Of a stretch of DNA of 64,000 nt, positions 1 through 8,320 are shown piece after piece. Within the stretch, counting starts at the first letter, position 1; every line of letters begins with the position of its first letter. Source of the stretch: an uncultured Candidatus Entotheonella sp. (lineage in GTDB: Bacteria; Tectomicrobia; Entotheonellia; Entotheonellales; Entotheonellaceae); contig OZ244252.1 in the NCBI GenBank assembly GCA_965217185.1, positions 960,001 through 1,024,000 of the forward strand, written 5' to 3'. Under the pieces are notes generated by a model. The model made no database searches and was not told the origin of the DNA. It was given only the letters and a program-made list of their open reading frames with translations. Both the position numbers and the translations under genes were made by a program.

Positions 1-399
1 GCCCAACAGCGTATCAGAGCCAAAAACTGCCAACTATCAAAGGCCATGAGCTTCGCTCTCGACGTCGAATTGGAGTTTTGCAAGTGGCTCCATGGTTTAT
101 CTTCATTGGTGGCAATTTTTTCTAATCAGCACAGGCTCCAGGTTACCGTGTGGTCTTTGGCCAGTGTACGCTGGGCAGTATATGAATCCCGGCTTTGAAC
201 TTCCGATTAGACGACAATTGTGTAAACGTCCGCGAAGGCCAAAGTCCGCTTAGATACTGGCTGAAACAGAAGTTGGCGGAACCTCCGCGGCCAACTCTCA
301 CCGGAACGACCAGTTTGGCCCGTCACGGCCAAAATGGCGGGGCACCTAGGCTCCAAATGGGGCCAAAAAGGCTCCGAGGTGAGGGGCAGACACATTCCC

Positions 400-1593
400 C
401 TACCCGCCGCACAGGACGCCATCCGCTTCAAGCTGATCAATGCACTCGGTGGAATACCCCAGCACCGTTGCGAGAATCTCGCGGTTCTGTTGTCCCACCC
501 TGGCAACCCAGGGTTGCACACTGGCCTGGGTGTGTGAAAACAGGAAGGGCGAGTTGGGTACGCGCAATTTGCCGGCGGCGTCTTCCGTTTCCGCGATCAT
601 GCCCCGGTGCAGGAGTTGTGGGTCGTCAGCGGCTTCTCCCACGCTGCGATACTTGGCGCAAGGAATGTGGGCGGCGTCGAGTATCCTCAGAGCCTCCGCG
701 CTCGGCAGCCGTCGCAGCCAATCCGCGACAATCATGGTGAACGCTTCGTAGTTGGCCAGACGTTCGGTCGTGGTGGCAAAGCGAGAATCACTCAGCAGAT
801 CCTGCCGCTCCATGCACGCTGCAAGGCTTTCGAAGTGTTTCTGGTTGAGCGGCAGAACGAGGATGAACTCGTCCCGGGTGTCGAACGGGCCGTACAGACG
901 GTCGGGCGTCGAGGGCCAATACTGTTGCTGAAACTCTTTCGGGAAGGTGTTGAGGATGGTGTCGAACATGGCGATGTCGATGTGCTGCCCCTCCCCTGTC
1001 CGCTGCCGGTAAAACAGCGCCCCATTGATCGCGCCTAATGCTTGCAGGGAGGCCGTCGTGTCGGCGACGGGCGGTCCCATGTTGAGCGGCCGTTCAAGGC
1101 TCGGTTGATACTGCAGGTAGACCTGCTCGAAACCGCTCTCAGCCTGCACCACCGGGGCGTAGGCTGGGCGTTGCGCACTGGGCCCCGTCTGCCCGTAGCC
1201 GGAAATCGAGCACATGATGACGCCCGGGTTGGCTTGAGTCAGCGCGGCGTAGTCCAGGCCCAGCCGCGCCATGACGCCGGGGCTGAAATTCTCCACCACC
1301 ACGTCGTAGATGCGCACGAGTTGCTTGATGATTTCAGCCGCGGCGGCGTGCTTGAGATCGAGGGCCAGGCTTTTCTTACCGCAGTTGAGTTGGCTGTACA
1401 CCGCGCTGACGCCCTGACGCATCGGCGGCACGTGGCGGGCGAATTCCCCTCCCGGCGGCTCGATTTTCAACACCTCCGCCCCTAGATCAGCCATCAACCG
1501 GGTGCAGTATGGCCCGGCGATGACCGAGGTGAAATCCAGAACGCGAACGCCGTCCAACACCCGCGGTCCGGTCAATCGTCTGTTTGTTTCCAT
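400..1593 (-). CDS. Family III CoA-transferase (CaiB/BaiF)
   Basis: N-terminal LDGVRVLDFTSVIAGPYCTRLMADLGAEVLKIEPP, N.GKKS.ALDLK, DVVVENFSPG, SISGYGQTGP, catalytic-type Asp in PVADT. Confidence 0.93.
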   Translation of the reverse strand: METNRRLTGPRVLDGVRVLDFTSVIAGPYCTRLMADLGAEVLKIEPPGGEFARHVPPMRQGVSAVYSQLNCGKKSLALDLKHAAAAEIIKQLVRIYDVVVENFSPGVMARLGLDYAALTQANPGVIMCSISGYGQTGPSAQRPAYAPVVQAESGFEQVYLQYQPSLERPLNMGPPVADTTASLQALGAINGALFYRQRTGEGQHIDIAMFDTILNTFPKEFQQQYWPSTPDRLYGPFDTRDEFILVLPLNQKHFESLAACMERQDLLSDSRFATTTERLANYEAFTMIVADWLRRLPSAEALRILDAAHIPCAKYRSVGEAADDPQLLHRGMIAETEDAAGKLRVPNSPFLFSHTQASVQPWVARVGQQNREILATVLGYSTECIDQLEADGVLCGG

Positions 1594-1890
1594 GGCGGCT
1601 CCAGTTGTGTTCGTTTGATTCTGTCCCTGCTGATTCTGAGGCTCAGGATAAGAAAATGGCTCCGCAACGGCAACACGCTTGGTAGCTGCTTTGCGCTTTG
1701 AAATCTACAATTCCCCCTCTCCCTAACCCTCCACCTCACTGGGGGGAGAGAATTGTTGCTCCCCCGCCTCGCCGTGTTTGCTTGTCCGCAGGGCCAAACG
1801 TATAATCGCCCCGCCATCGACTTGGACGCATGCGACCCATCATTGACCCTCCAGAACGAACTTCGGCGACCCGCCAGCGAGGTATCCCAC

Positions 1891-3648
1891 ATGCAGATGC
1901 GATCCATCACCGCCAATCCATCGCAGCTTATCGTCGAGCAGCTTGTGGCGTCCGGCGTGAAATACGTGTTTTACAACTCCGGCTCGCGCGAGGCTCACTT
2001 CTTCGACGCGCTCTATCGGCATCCCGACATACACGGCATCCTGGCGTTGCACGAGGGCAGCGTCACGGCCATGGCCGGCGGCTACACGCAGGCCAACGGC
2101 GATGTTGCCGTGACCGTGGTCCACCTTGGCGCCGGTCTGGCGCAGTGTCTGGGACAGCTCATCAACGTCTGGACCGGCAGCCTGCCCGTCGTGGTCATCA
2201 CCTTTGCCGGCGATACAGGGAGTTTCGCTGACAAGATCGGACTCGACCTCAGCCACAACTTTGGCCCGACGGCCATCTCCGCGCCGTTTACCAAGGCCAA
2301 CTGGAGCGTGATCGATCCGGAAGGATTGCCGCAAGCCGTTGAGCGGGCCATCCGGGTGGCCAAAACGCCGCCCGTCGGTCCTGTCCATCTAGCCGTCTAT
2401 GATCGCCTGCTTGGTGCCCAGCAGGTGACCGCAAACATTATTGAAGGCGGTGCGCCTGACCCCCGGGCCGGGTATCCTGCCGATGATGATGTCGAAGCCA
2501 TTGCCCAAGCCTTGCGGGACGCCAAGCGCCCCCTGATCTACGTGGGTGACGGGGTCTGGAAGAGCGGCGCCGAAGCGCAAGCGACGGCCCTGGCGGAGCA
2601 CTGCGGCGCTGCCGTCGCCACCCTCTTCGGCGACATGCGCGGCGTACCCATCAAACACCCTCTGCATTGCGGATCGTTTGAGCCGGCGGTGGCGGCCCTC
2701 GATCCGGACCTCATCGTGTGCATCGGCGTCCGCCACGGCGGCAATGGACGGCTTGACGATTACCAGCCGTTCACCGATGCAAGACGTGTGATCGCCATCG
2801 GTCCCGATGTCGAGAACTTCGAGAATATTCCAGGGCTCGAGTTGGCCGTGTTGGCGGATGAACGCCGGACGCTCGAACGCCTGCAGCCGTTGATGCTGCC
2901 GGAGGCGGCGCCGGGGTGCTACGACGAGCGGCGGGTCTGGGCGCAGACCCAGGCAGCGCGGTTGCGCGAGGCACGTCTTGAGAGGCATCAGAACATGGCG
3001 CCCCAACCCTCACGGGTGCGGCCACTGGTCCTGGCGCAGACGCTTGACCAGGCTTTGGAGCGCCGTGGCGGCGGGCTGGTTATGATTGAGCAATTCGCCC
3101 TGCCCCTTGATTGTCTGGGGGATTCTGACGCTGGTAATAACGTCTATGTCAGACCGGCCGGCGGGTCGGAAGGCTATGGAATTGGCGCCGCGGTCGGCCT
3201 CAAACTCGCGGCGCCGGATCGTCCGGTCGTGGGTCTGGTTGGCGATGGGTCGTTGTTCTATGCGGACTCGGGACTGTGGACGACGGTGCATCACGCCATT
3301 CCCGTGCTCTACGTCATCCCCAACAACCAATCCTACGGCATCGTGGCAAATTTCTTCGGATTGGCCGACGGCGCCATGAAGCAGGCCGGTGAATACGCCG
3401 GCGTGGTTCTGGACGGCATTGATCCGGTGCAGATCGCCGCCGGATTCGGTGTGGAAGGCATGCGGGTGCAGGATGAGTCCTGCGTTGAGGACGCGATCGA
3501 GCACGGCTTGCAGGTGGTCGAGGAGGAACAGCGTCCCTTTCTCCTGGACGTCCATCTGCCCCTTGGGCTGCCCGCGGGTGGGCAAGCCGCCGCTCCCTTC
3601 CGGCTTGCGTCCGTCGAGGCCGGCGCCGGCACGGGATCATCGTTGTAG
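1891..3648 (+). CDS. Thiamine-diphosphate-dependent enzyme (benzoylformate decarboxylase/acetolactate synthase-like)
   Basis: LHEGSVTAMAGGY PYR motif, GPVHL, ThDP motif GDGS...NNQSYG; ATG at 1891 with GAGG upstream preferred over the TTG at 1753. Confidence 0.88.
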   Translation: MQMRSITANPSQLIVEQLVASGVKYVFYNSGSREAHFFDALYRHPDIHGILALHEGSVTAMAGGYTQANGDVAVTVVHLGAGLAQCLGQLINVWTGSLPVVVITFAGDTGSFADKIGLDLSHNFGPTAISAPFTKANWSVIDPEGLPQAVERAIRVAKTPPVGPVHLAVYDRLLGAQQVTANIIEGGAPDPRAGYPADDDVEAIAQALRDAKRPLIYVGDGVWKSGAEAQATALAEHCGAAVATLFGDMRGVPIKHPLHCGSFEPAVAALDPDLIVCIGVRHGGNGRLDDYQPFTDARRVIAIGPDVENFENIPGLELAVLADERRTLERLQPLMLPEAAPGCYDERRVWAQTQAARLREARLERHQNMAPQPSRVRPLVLAQTLDQALERRGGGLVMIEQFALPLDCLGDSDAGNNVYVRPAGGSEGYGIGAAVGLKLAAPDRPVVGLVGDGSLFYADSGLWTTVHHAIPVLYVIPNNQSYGIVANFFGLADGAMKQAGEYAGVVLDGIDPVQIAAGFGVEGMRVQDESCVEDAIEHGLQVVEEEQRPFLLDVHLPLGLPAGGQAAAPFRLASVEAGAGTGSSL

Positions 3649-3680
3649 ACGGTAACATTGACCTTATTCAGGAGGTTTCT

Positions 3681-4466
3681 ATGCGAGCGAATAAATTCCG
3701 CGAGTTGCTCAAGGCGGACAAACCCACCATCGGCACCCATATTCACACCACGTGGCCGTCCATTGTGGAAGCCATCGGCCACACCGGCACCTATGACTAC
3801 GTGGAATTTGTCGCCGAGTACGGCCCCTTCGACCTGTATGCCTTCGACGACATGTGCCGCGCCGCCGAGCTCTACGACATGTCGATGATGGTCAAGGTGG
3901 ATCAGGAGCCGCGGGGCTTTATCGCCCAGCGCGCCATCGGCTCCGGCTTCCAGAGCGTACTGTTTTCCGACTGCCGTTCGGCCGACGAGGTACGCGAATG
4001 TGTTGCCATTGCCCGCCCCGAAACGCCGGAGGACGGCGGCACGTACGGCGTGGCGACGCGGCGCTTTGCCTACATGGGATACGGCGGCTCCATGGACTAC
4101 GTGCGCGCCCTCCGGGACGTGGTGGTGGTCATCATGATCGAGAAAGACGGGGCGGTCGAAAACCTGGAAGAGGTGCTCTCGGTGCCGGGCGTCGACATGA
4201 TCCAGTGGGGCGGTTCGGATTACTCCATGAGCGTGGGGCGAGCAGGCCAGCGGGGCTCGCCGGAGATCAAAGCGGTTGAGCGCAAGGTGATCGAAACGTC
4301 CCTGCGCATGGGCGTGCCGCCGCGAGCCGAAATCAATACCGCCGATCAAGCGAAGTACTATCTGGATATGGGTGTGCGCCACTTCTGCATCGGCACGGAC
4401 GTGAACATCCTCTACAACTGGTGGAAGGAGCACGGGGACGACGTGCGCAAGGCCGTTACGTCCTGA
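3681..4466 (+). CDS. HpcH/HpaI aldolase family protein
   Basis: YDYVEFVAEYGPFD, VVIMIEK..AVENLEEVLSVPGVDMIQWGGSDYSMS; RBS AGGAGG. Confidence 0.85.
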   Translation: MRANKFRELLKADKPTIGTHIHTTWPSIVEAIGHTGTYDYVEFVAEYGPFDLYAFDDMCRAAELYDMSMMVKVDQEPRGFIAQRAIGSGFQSVLFSDCRSADEVRECVAIARPETPEDGGTYGVATRRFAYMGYGGSMDYVRALRDVVVVIMIEKDGAVENLEEVLSVPGVDMIQWGGSDYSMSVGRAGQRGSPEIKAVERKVIETSLRMGVPPRAEINTADQAKYYLDMGVRHFCIGTDVNILYNWWKEHGDDVRKAVTS

Positions 4467-4490
4467 TCCGTTTTGGGTGGGGTTGCGGGT

Positions 4491-4961
4491 TTATCTCCCG
4501 CCGCGAAAGCCCAATTGGCGCCACGCTTCATAGAGGACGATGGCGACTGCGTTGGACAAATTCAGGCTTCGGCTGGTCTGCTGCATCGGGACGCGCAAAA
4601 CGGTGTCGACGAGCGAATGTCGCCGCAAGTCGTCCGGCAGCCCGCGCGTTTCCGGGCCGAATAGCAGCGCATCCCCTTCCCGGTACGCAACCTCGTGGTA
4701 GGCCCGCTTGCCCTTCACGCTGATCGCAAACAGGCGTGTGAACGCCGCCTCGACCGCGAACGCCTGGAACGAGACGTGCGTTTTGATGCTCGCCCACTCG
4801 TGATAATCGAGGCCGGCGCGGCGCAATCGTTTGTCATCCAAGCTGAAACCCAGCGGCTGGATGAGGTGAAGCTGCGCGCCCGTGTTGGCGGAGAGCCGGA
4901 TGATGTTTCCCGTGTTGGTGGGAATTTCGGGCTCAAATAAAACGACGTGCAGCATGGCCAT
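4491..4961 (-). CDS. trmL: tRNA (cytidine/uridine-34-2'-O)-methyltransferase
   Basis: [48 protein letters not shown]poU motifs. Confidence 0.93.
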   Translation of the reverse strand: MAMLHVVLFEPEIPTNTGNIIRLSANTGAQLHLIQPLGFSLDDKRLRRAGLDYHEWASIKTHVSFQAFAVEAAFTRLFAISVKGKRAYHEVAYREGDALLFGPETRGLPDDLRRHSLVDTVLRVPMQQTSRSLNLSNAVAIVLYEAWRQLGFRGGR

Positions 4962-5670
4962 TTGACGGGGTAGTGCCTTGATTGTTGGAGAGGGCCCACC
5001 GCCCCCGGCGTGTCGGCAGGCGCAACGCCCGCGCCAGGGCGTTCAGAAAATGCGGTCGTTCCCAGGCCACGGCGCCAAAGTGTTCCACGTGGTCGCTGTG
5101 CATCTGGCAATCGACGAAATGAAAGCCCCAGGCGCCCAAGTGCCGGACGAGATGGACGAACGCAACCTTGGCGGCGTTGCTGCGATGGGTGAACATAGAT
5201 TCGGCGAAGAAGGCGGCGCCAAGCGAGACACCGTACACGCCGCCTGCCAGCCGACCTTCGACCCATGCCTCGGCTGAATGCGCGAACCCCAGTTCGTGCA
5301 GGATGCCGTATGCGTGCTGCATTGCCGGGGTAATCCACGTGCCCTGTTGCCCGGGCCGCTTCGTTGTGGCACACGCATGGACGACGCGGTCAAATGCGGT
5401 ATCGAATCGCACCGTGAACACGCCCTGGCGGAGCGTTTTCCGCAGACTGTGGCTGACGTGGAGATCGGCTGGAATGAGCACCGTACGCGGGTCGGGAGAG
5501 AACCACAGGAGCGGCCAGCCCTCGCCGTGCGGCCAGGGAAAAAGCCCCTGCGCGTAGGCGGCGAGCAGTCGGTGCGGGCTCAGGTCGCCGCCGTAGGCCA
5601 AGAGGCCGTCGGCGTCGGCCTCGTTTGGGTTTGGGAATGTCAGGCTGTCGGTGAGCCGGTAAATTGGCAC
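4933..5670 (-). CDS. aat: Leucyl/phenylalanyl-tRNA--protein transferase
   Basis: [52 protein letters not shown]; likely GTG start at 5670 (VPIYRL). Confidence 0.93.
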   Translation of the reverse strand: MPIYRLTDSLTFPNPNEADADGLLAYGGDLSPHRLLAAYAQGLFPWPHGEGWPLLWFSPDPRTVLIPADLHVSHSLRKTLRQGVFTVRFDTAFDRVVHACATTKRPGQQGTWITPAMQHAYGILHELGFAHSAEAWVEGRLAGGVYGVSLGAAFFAESMFTHRSNAAKVAFVHLVRHLGAWGFHFVDCQMHSDHVEHFGAVAWERPHFLNALARALRLPTRRGRWALSNNQGTTPSNGHAARRFI

Positions 5671-5783
5671 AAGCCCTCTGGCATGATAAGGGTGCAGGGA
5701 GATTGACGGCGATGACAACTGTCGCCCGACATCGTGATTCCGCATGATAGCCTGCCAGGGAGAAGCGTCAAGCAGGAGGCCCC

Positions 5784-6623
5784 GTGGCGACCTACGCAAT
5801 TGGAGACGTGCAGGGGTGTTTCGGCAGCCTGACGGCCCTCCTCGAGACGCTGCGGTTCGATCCGGCCCGTGACCGGCTGTGGTTCACCGGTGACCTCGTT
5901 AACCGGGGTCCGCGGTCGGTCGAAACGCTTCGTTTTGTCCATGATCTGGGCGACCGGGCCGTCACCGTGCTCGGCAACCACGACTTGCACCTGCTGGGGG
6001 TGGCGTGCGGCAGCAGGCGGCTCAAGGCCGGCGATACGCTTACGGAGGTTCTGGAAGCGCCGGACCGCGACGACCTGATCGCTTGGCTGCGCTGCCAACC
6101 GTTGCTGTACCGTGACGCCGACCGCGGTATCACCATGGTGCACGCCGGGTTGCCGCCGCAGTGGACGTTAGACGTGACGCAGGCGTGTGCCGCAGCCGCC
6201 GAGGCTAAATTGCGTGGCGCCGGTATTAAGAAGCTGATGAGGCAGATGTCAGGTAGCCAACGCGATTCGTGGTCGGCGTCCCTGCCCTACGCCGAACAGC
6301 TCGCATACATTATCAACTGCCTGACCCGCCTGCGGTACTGCGATCCGGCCGGGCGCCTGGAATTGCGGGAAAAGGGGCCGCCGGGAAGCCAGCCGGCGCC
6401 CTATCTGCCGTGGTTTGCAGTGCCGGGGCGGCTGTACGCCTCGGAAAAAATCGTCTTTGGCCACTGGGCCAGCCTTGGAACCTGCAACGAACCTGGGGTT
6501 CATGCGCTGGACACCGGCTGTGTGTGGGGCGGCGCCCTGACCGCGCTGTGCCTAGAAACCTGGGAACGTACGAGCGTTCCCTGTTGTGACTTTCTCGAAG
6601 GAGGAACCAATGCCGAAGCTTGA
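5784..6623 (+). CDS. apaH: Symmetrical bis(5'-nucleosyl)-tetraphosphatase
   Basis: MATYAIGDVQGC, GDLVNRGP, LGNHDLHLL, FGHWASL, LDTGCVWGG. Confidence 0.95.
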   Translation: MATYAIGDVQGCFGSLTALLETLRFDPARDRLWFTGDLVNRGPRSVETLRFVHDLGDRAVTVLGNHDLHLLGVACGSRRLKAGDTLTEVLEAPDRDDLIAWLRCQPLLYRDADRGITMVHAGLPPQWTLDVTQACAAAAEAKLRGAGIKKLMRQMSGSQRDSWSASLPYAEQLAYIINCLTRLRYCDPAGRLELREKGPPGSQPAPYLPWFAVPGRLYASEKIVFGHWASLGTCNEPGVHALDTGCVWGGALTALCLETWERTSVPCCDFLEGGTNAEA

Positions 6624-7806
6624 ACGCCTGAGCGCCGTGGTGCGCCAGGTCCTGACGTCCTTTCCATGCCTGGAGGCCGACGATGCACCATGGACGCCGC
6701 CGAGCCGGGAGCTGAAACACAGCAGCCTGGCGCTAGTCACCTCGGCGGGCCTGCACCTGCGTGCTGACAAGCCGTTCGCCGCCGACGTGAAGGGTGGCGA
6801 TACGTCGTACCGCGTCATTCCTTCGGACGCCAAAGCTACGGACATTTTGCAGAGCCACACCAGCATCGGTTTCGACCACACCGCCATCTACCGCGACCTC
6901 AACGTCACCTTTCCGCTTGACCGGCTGCGCGAACTGGTCGCACGGGGCGTCGTTGGCGGCTTGGCGCCGAATGCCTATTCGTTCATGGGAGCCCTCCGCG
7001 ACATGCGGCGCATCGTGGAAGAAACCGGCCCCGAGGTCGCACAGCGACTCAAGGATGAGGGCACCGAGGTCGTTTTTCTGACCCCCACTTGACCCCTGTG
7101 CACGCACACCGTGAGTGTGCTGGCCCGGGTCTTCGAGGCCGCCGGTCTCGTCACCGTCAGCCTCGCCATGGTCCGTGAGCACGTCGAGAAGGTGAAGCCG
7201 CCGCGGGCGTTGTTCGTCCCCTACCCCTTTGGCTTTGCTTTGGGCAAGCCGAACGACACCGATTTGCAGCACCGGATCATTGCCGCGGCGTTGGAACTCC
7301 TTGAGAAGCCAGAGGGTCCGGTCCTGGCGGATTTCCCCGAGGACGAGATTCCCGACGTGCTGCCCCAATCTTCCGGCGTCACGCGCAACGGTGACCGATC
7401 CACCGCGGACGCCGCGGATGAGATCGCCGGGCTGCGCGCGTTTTACGAGCGCTGGGTGGACGAACACGATGGCCGCACCGCCGTGGGCCTCAATGGCATT
7501 CCGCAGCGGCGCTGGCGCGGCCTCGTTCGGTTTCTTGAGGCGTACAGTCGCGGCGAAGAGGTGGACATGAAGGAGCGGCCCACCGACGTGTCGCTGCCGC
7601 AGTTCATCCGCTACTGCGTGGACGACCTCAAGGCATTCTATTACGAGGCCCGCATGGCGCAAAAGCCGTCAACGAGCGAGCCCGACCTGCACGTCTGGTT
7701 CTGGGGCGAAACGGTTATCGGCCAACTCATCCCCGCGGTTGGCGAGTATATGCAGGCCAGCGACGCCCCCGCGACGAAGGCGGTGGCCTTCGGCCTTGCC
7801 CGGTGA
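6610..7806 (+). CDS. GrdB/PrdB-like (glycine/sarcosine/betaine/D-proline reductase selenoprotein B family) selenoprotein, Sec at UGA 7090-7092, 398 aa
   Basis: ORFs 6586-7092 and 7111-7806 are in the same frame; read-through gives VFLTPT-U-PLCTHTVSVLARVFEAAGLVTVSL...PPRALFVPYPFG. N-part has family motifs ALVTSAGLH, GDTSYRVIP, DLNVTFPLDRLREL, YSFMG. RBS AGGAGG before ATG 6610. Confidence 0.88.
7090..7120 (+). promoter_or_regulatory. Putative bacterial SECIS element
   Basis: UGA, 11-nt spacer, stem GCACAC(7104-7109)/GTGTGC(7115-7120), loop CGTGA. Confidence 0.7.
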
Positions 7807-7848
7807 CAATGGGCTGACTGATGCCCGTCGCCGTAAATCGGACCGGAC

Positions 7849-8307
7849 ATGATCTACGAATGCGAACGGCGCTTGCAGATCGAGGCTCCGGCAGAGGCTG
7901 TCTGGGACTGGATGTCGGACTTACGCCGCCTCCTCCGCCTGAATCGCTTCCATGTCCGGGTCGATTGCCTTCAGCCAGTGACGGAGGTGGGCCAGTGCGT
8001 GCCCATCCGGCACAACGTCTACGGCTTGTATCGGCGCATGCGGGTCGCGCGCATTCGTGCGTATCGCCGTTATCACGTGGCGTGGGGGGAGCTTCAGGAG
8101 CACGGTAAGGACTGGTTTCCGCACAGCCAGTCCTTCACCATTCTGCCGATTGATGCCCACCGCTGCATGGTGGTCAATCGTCTGCGCGGCAAGTTTCTCC
8201 TGCCCGGCGTGCGGTATTGGCTGCTGCCAATTTACCGCCGCCTTGCGCCCCGTATTCTGGATGAGGAAAACCTGAGCATCGCAGCGCACGTCTCGGAAAC
8301 CCGTTAG
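7849..8307 (+). CDS. SRPBCC (START/Bet v1) superfamily protein
   Basis: N-terminal I.APAEAVWDWMSD pattern, ~150 aa, C-terminal helix. Confidence 0.65.
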   Translation: MIYECERRLQIEAPAEAVWDWMSDLRRLLRLNRFHVRVDCLQPVTEVGQCVPIRHNVYGLYRRMRVARIRAYRRYHVAWGELQEHGKDWFPHSQSFTILPIDAHRCMVVNRLRGKFLLPGVRYWLLPIYRRLAPRILDEENLSIAAHVSETR

Positions 8308-8320
8308 CAAGGAAGCCGCC

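Noticed and set aside
1..176. Integron attC site (GCCCAAC at position 1 fits RYYYAAC)
   Set aside because: There is no matching GTTRRRY end with proper box spacing and no cassette array or integrase.
6586..7806. Two separate ORFs (168 aa + 231 aa); likewise 95 aa + 74 aa at 12086-12637
   Set aside because: Each pair is in one frame with continuous family motifs across the TGA; the downstream GTG/TTG starts lack an RBS.
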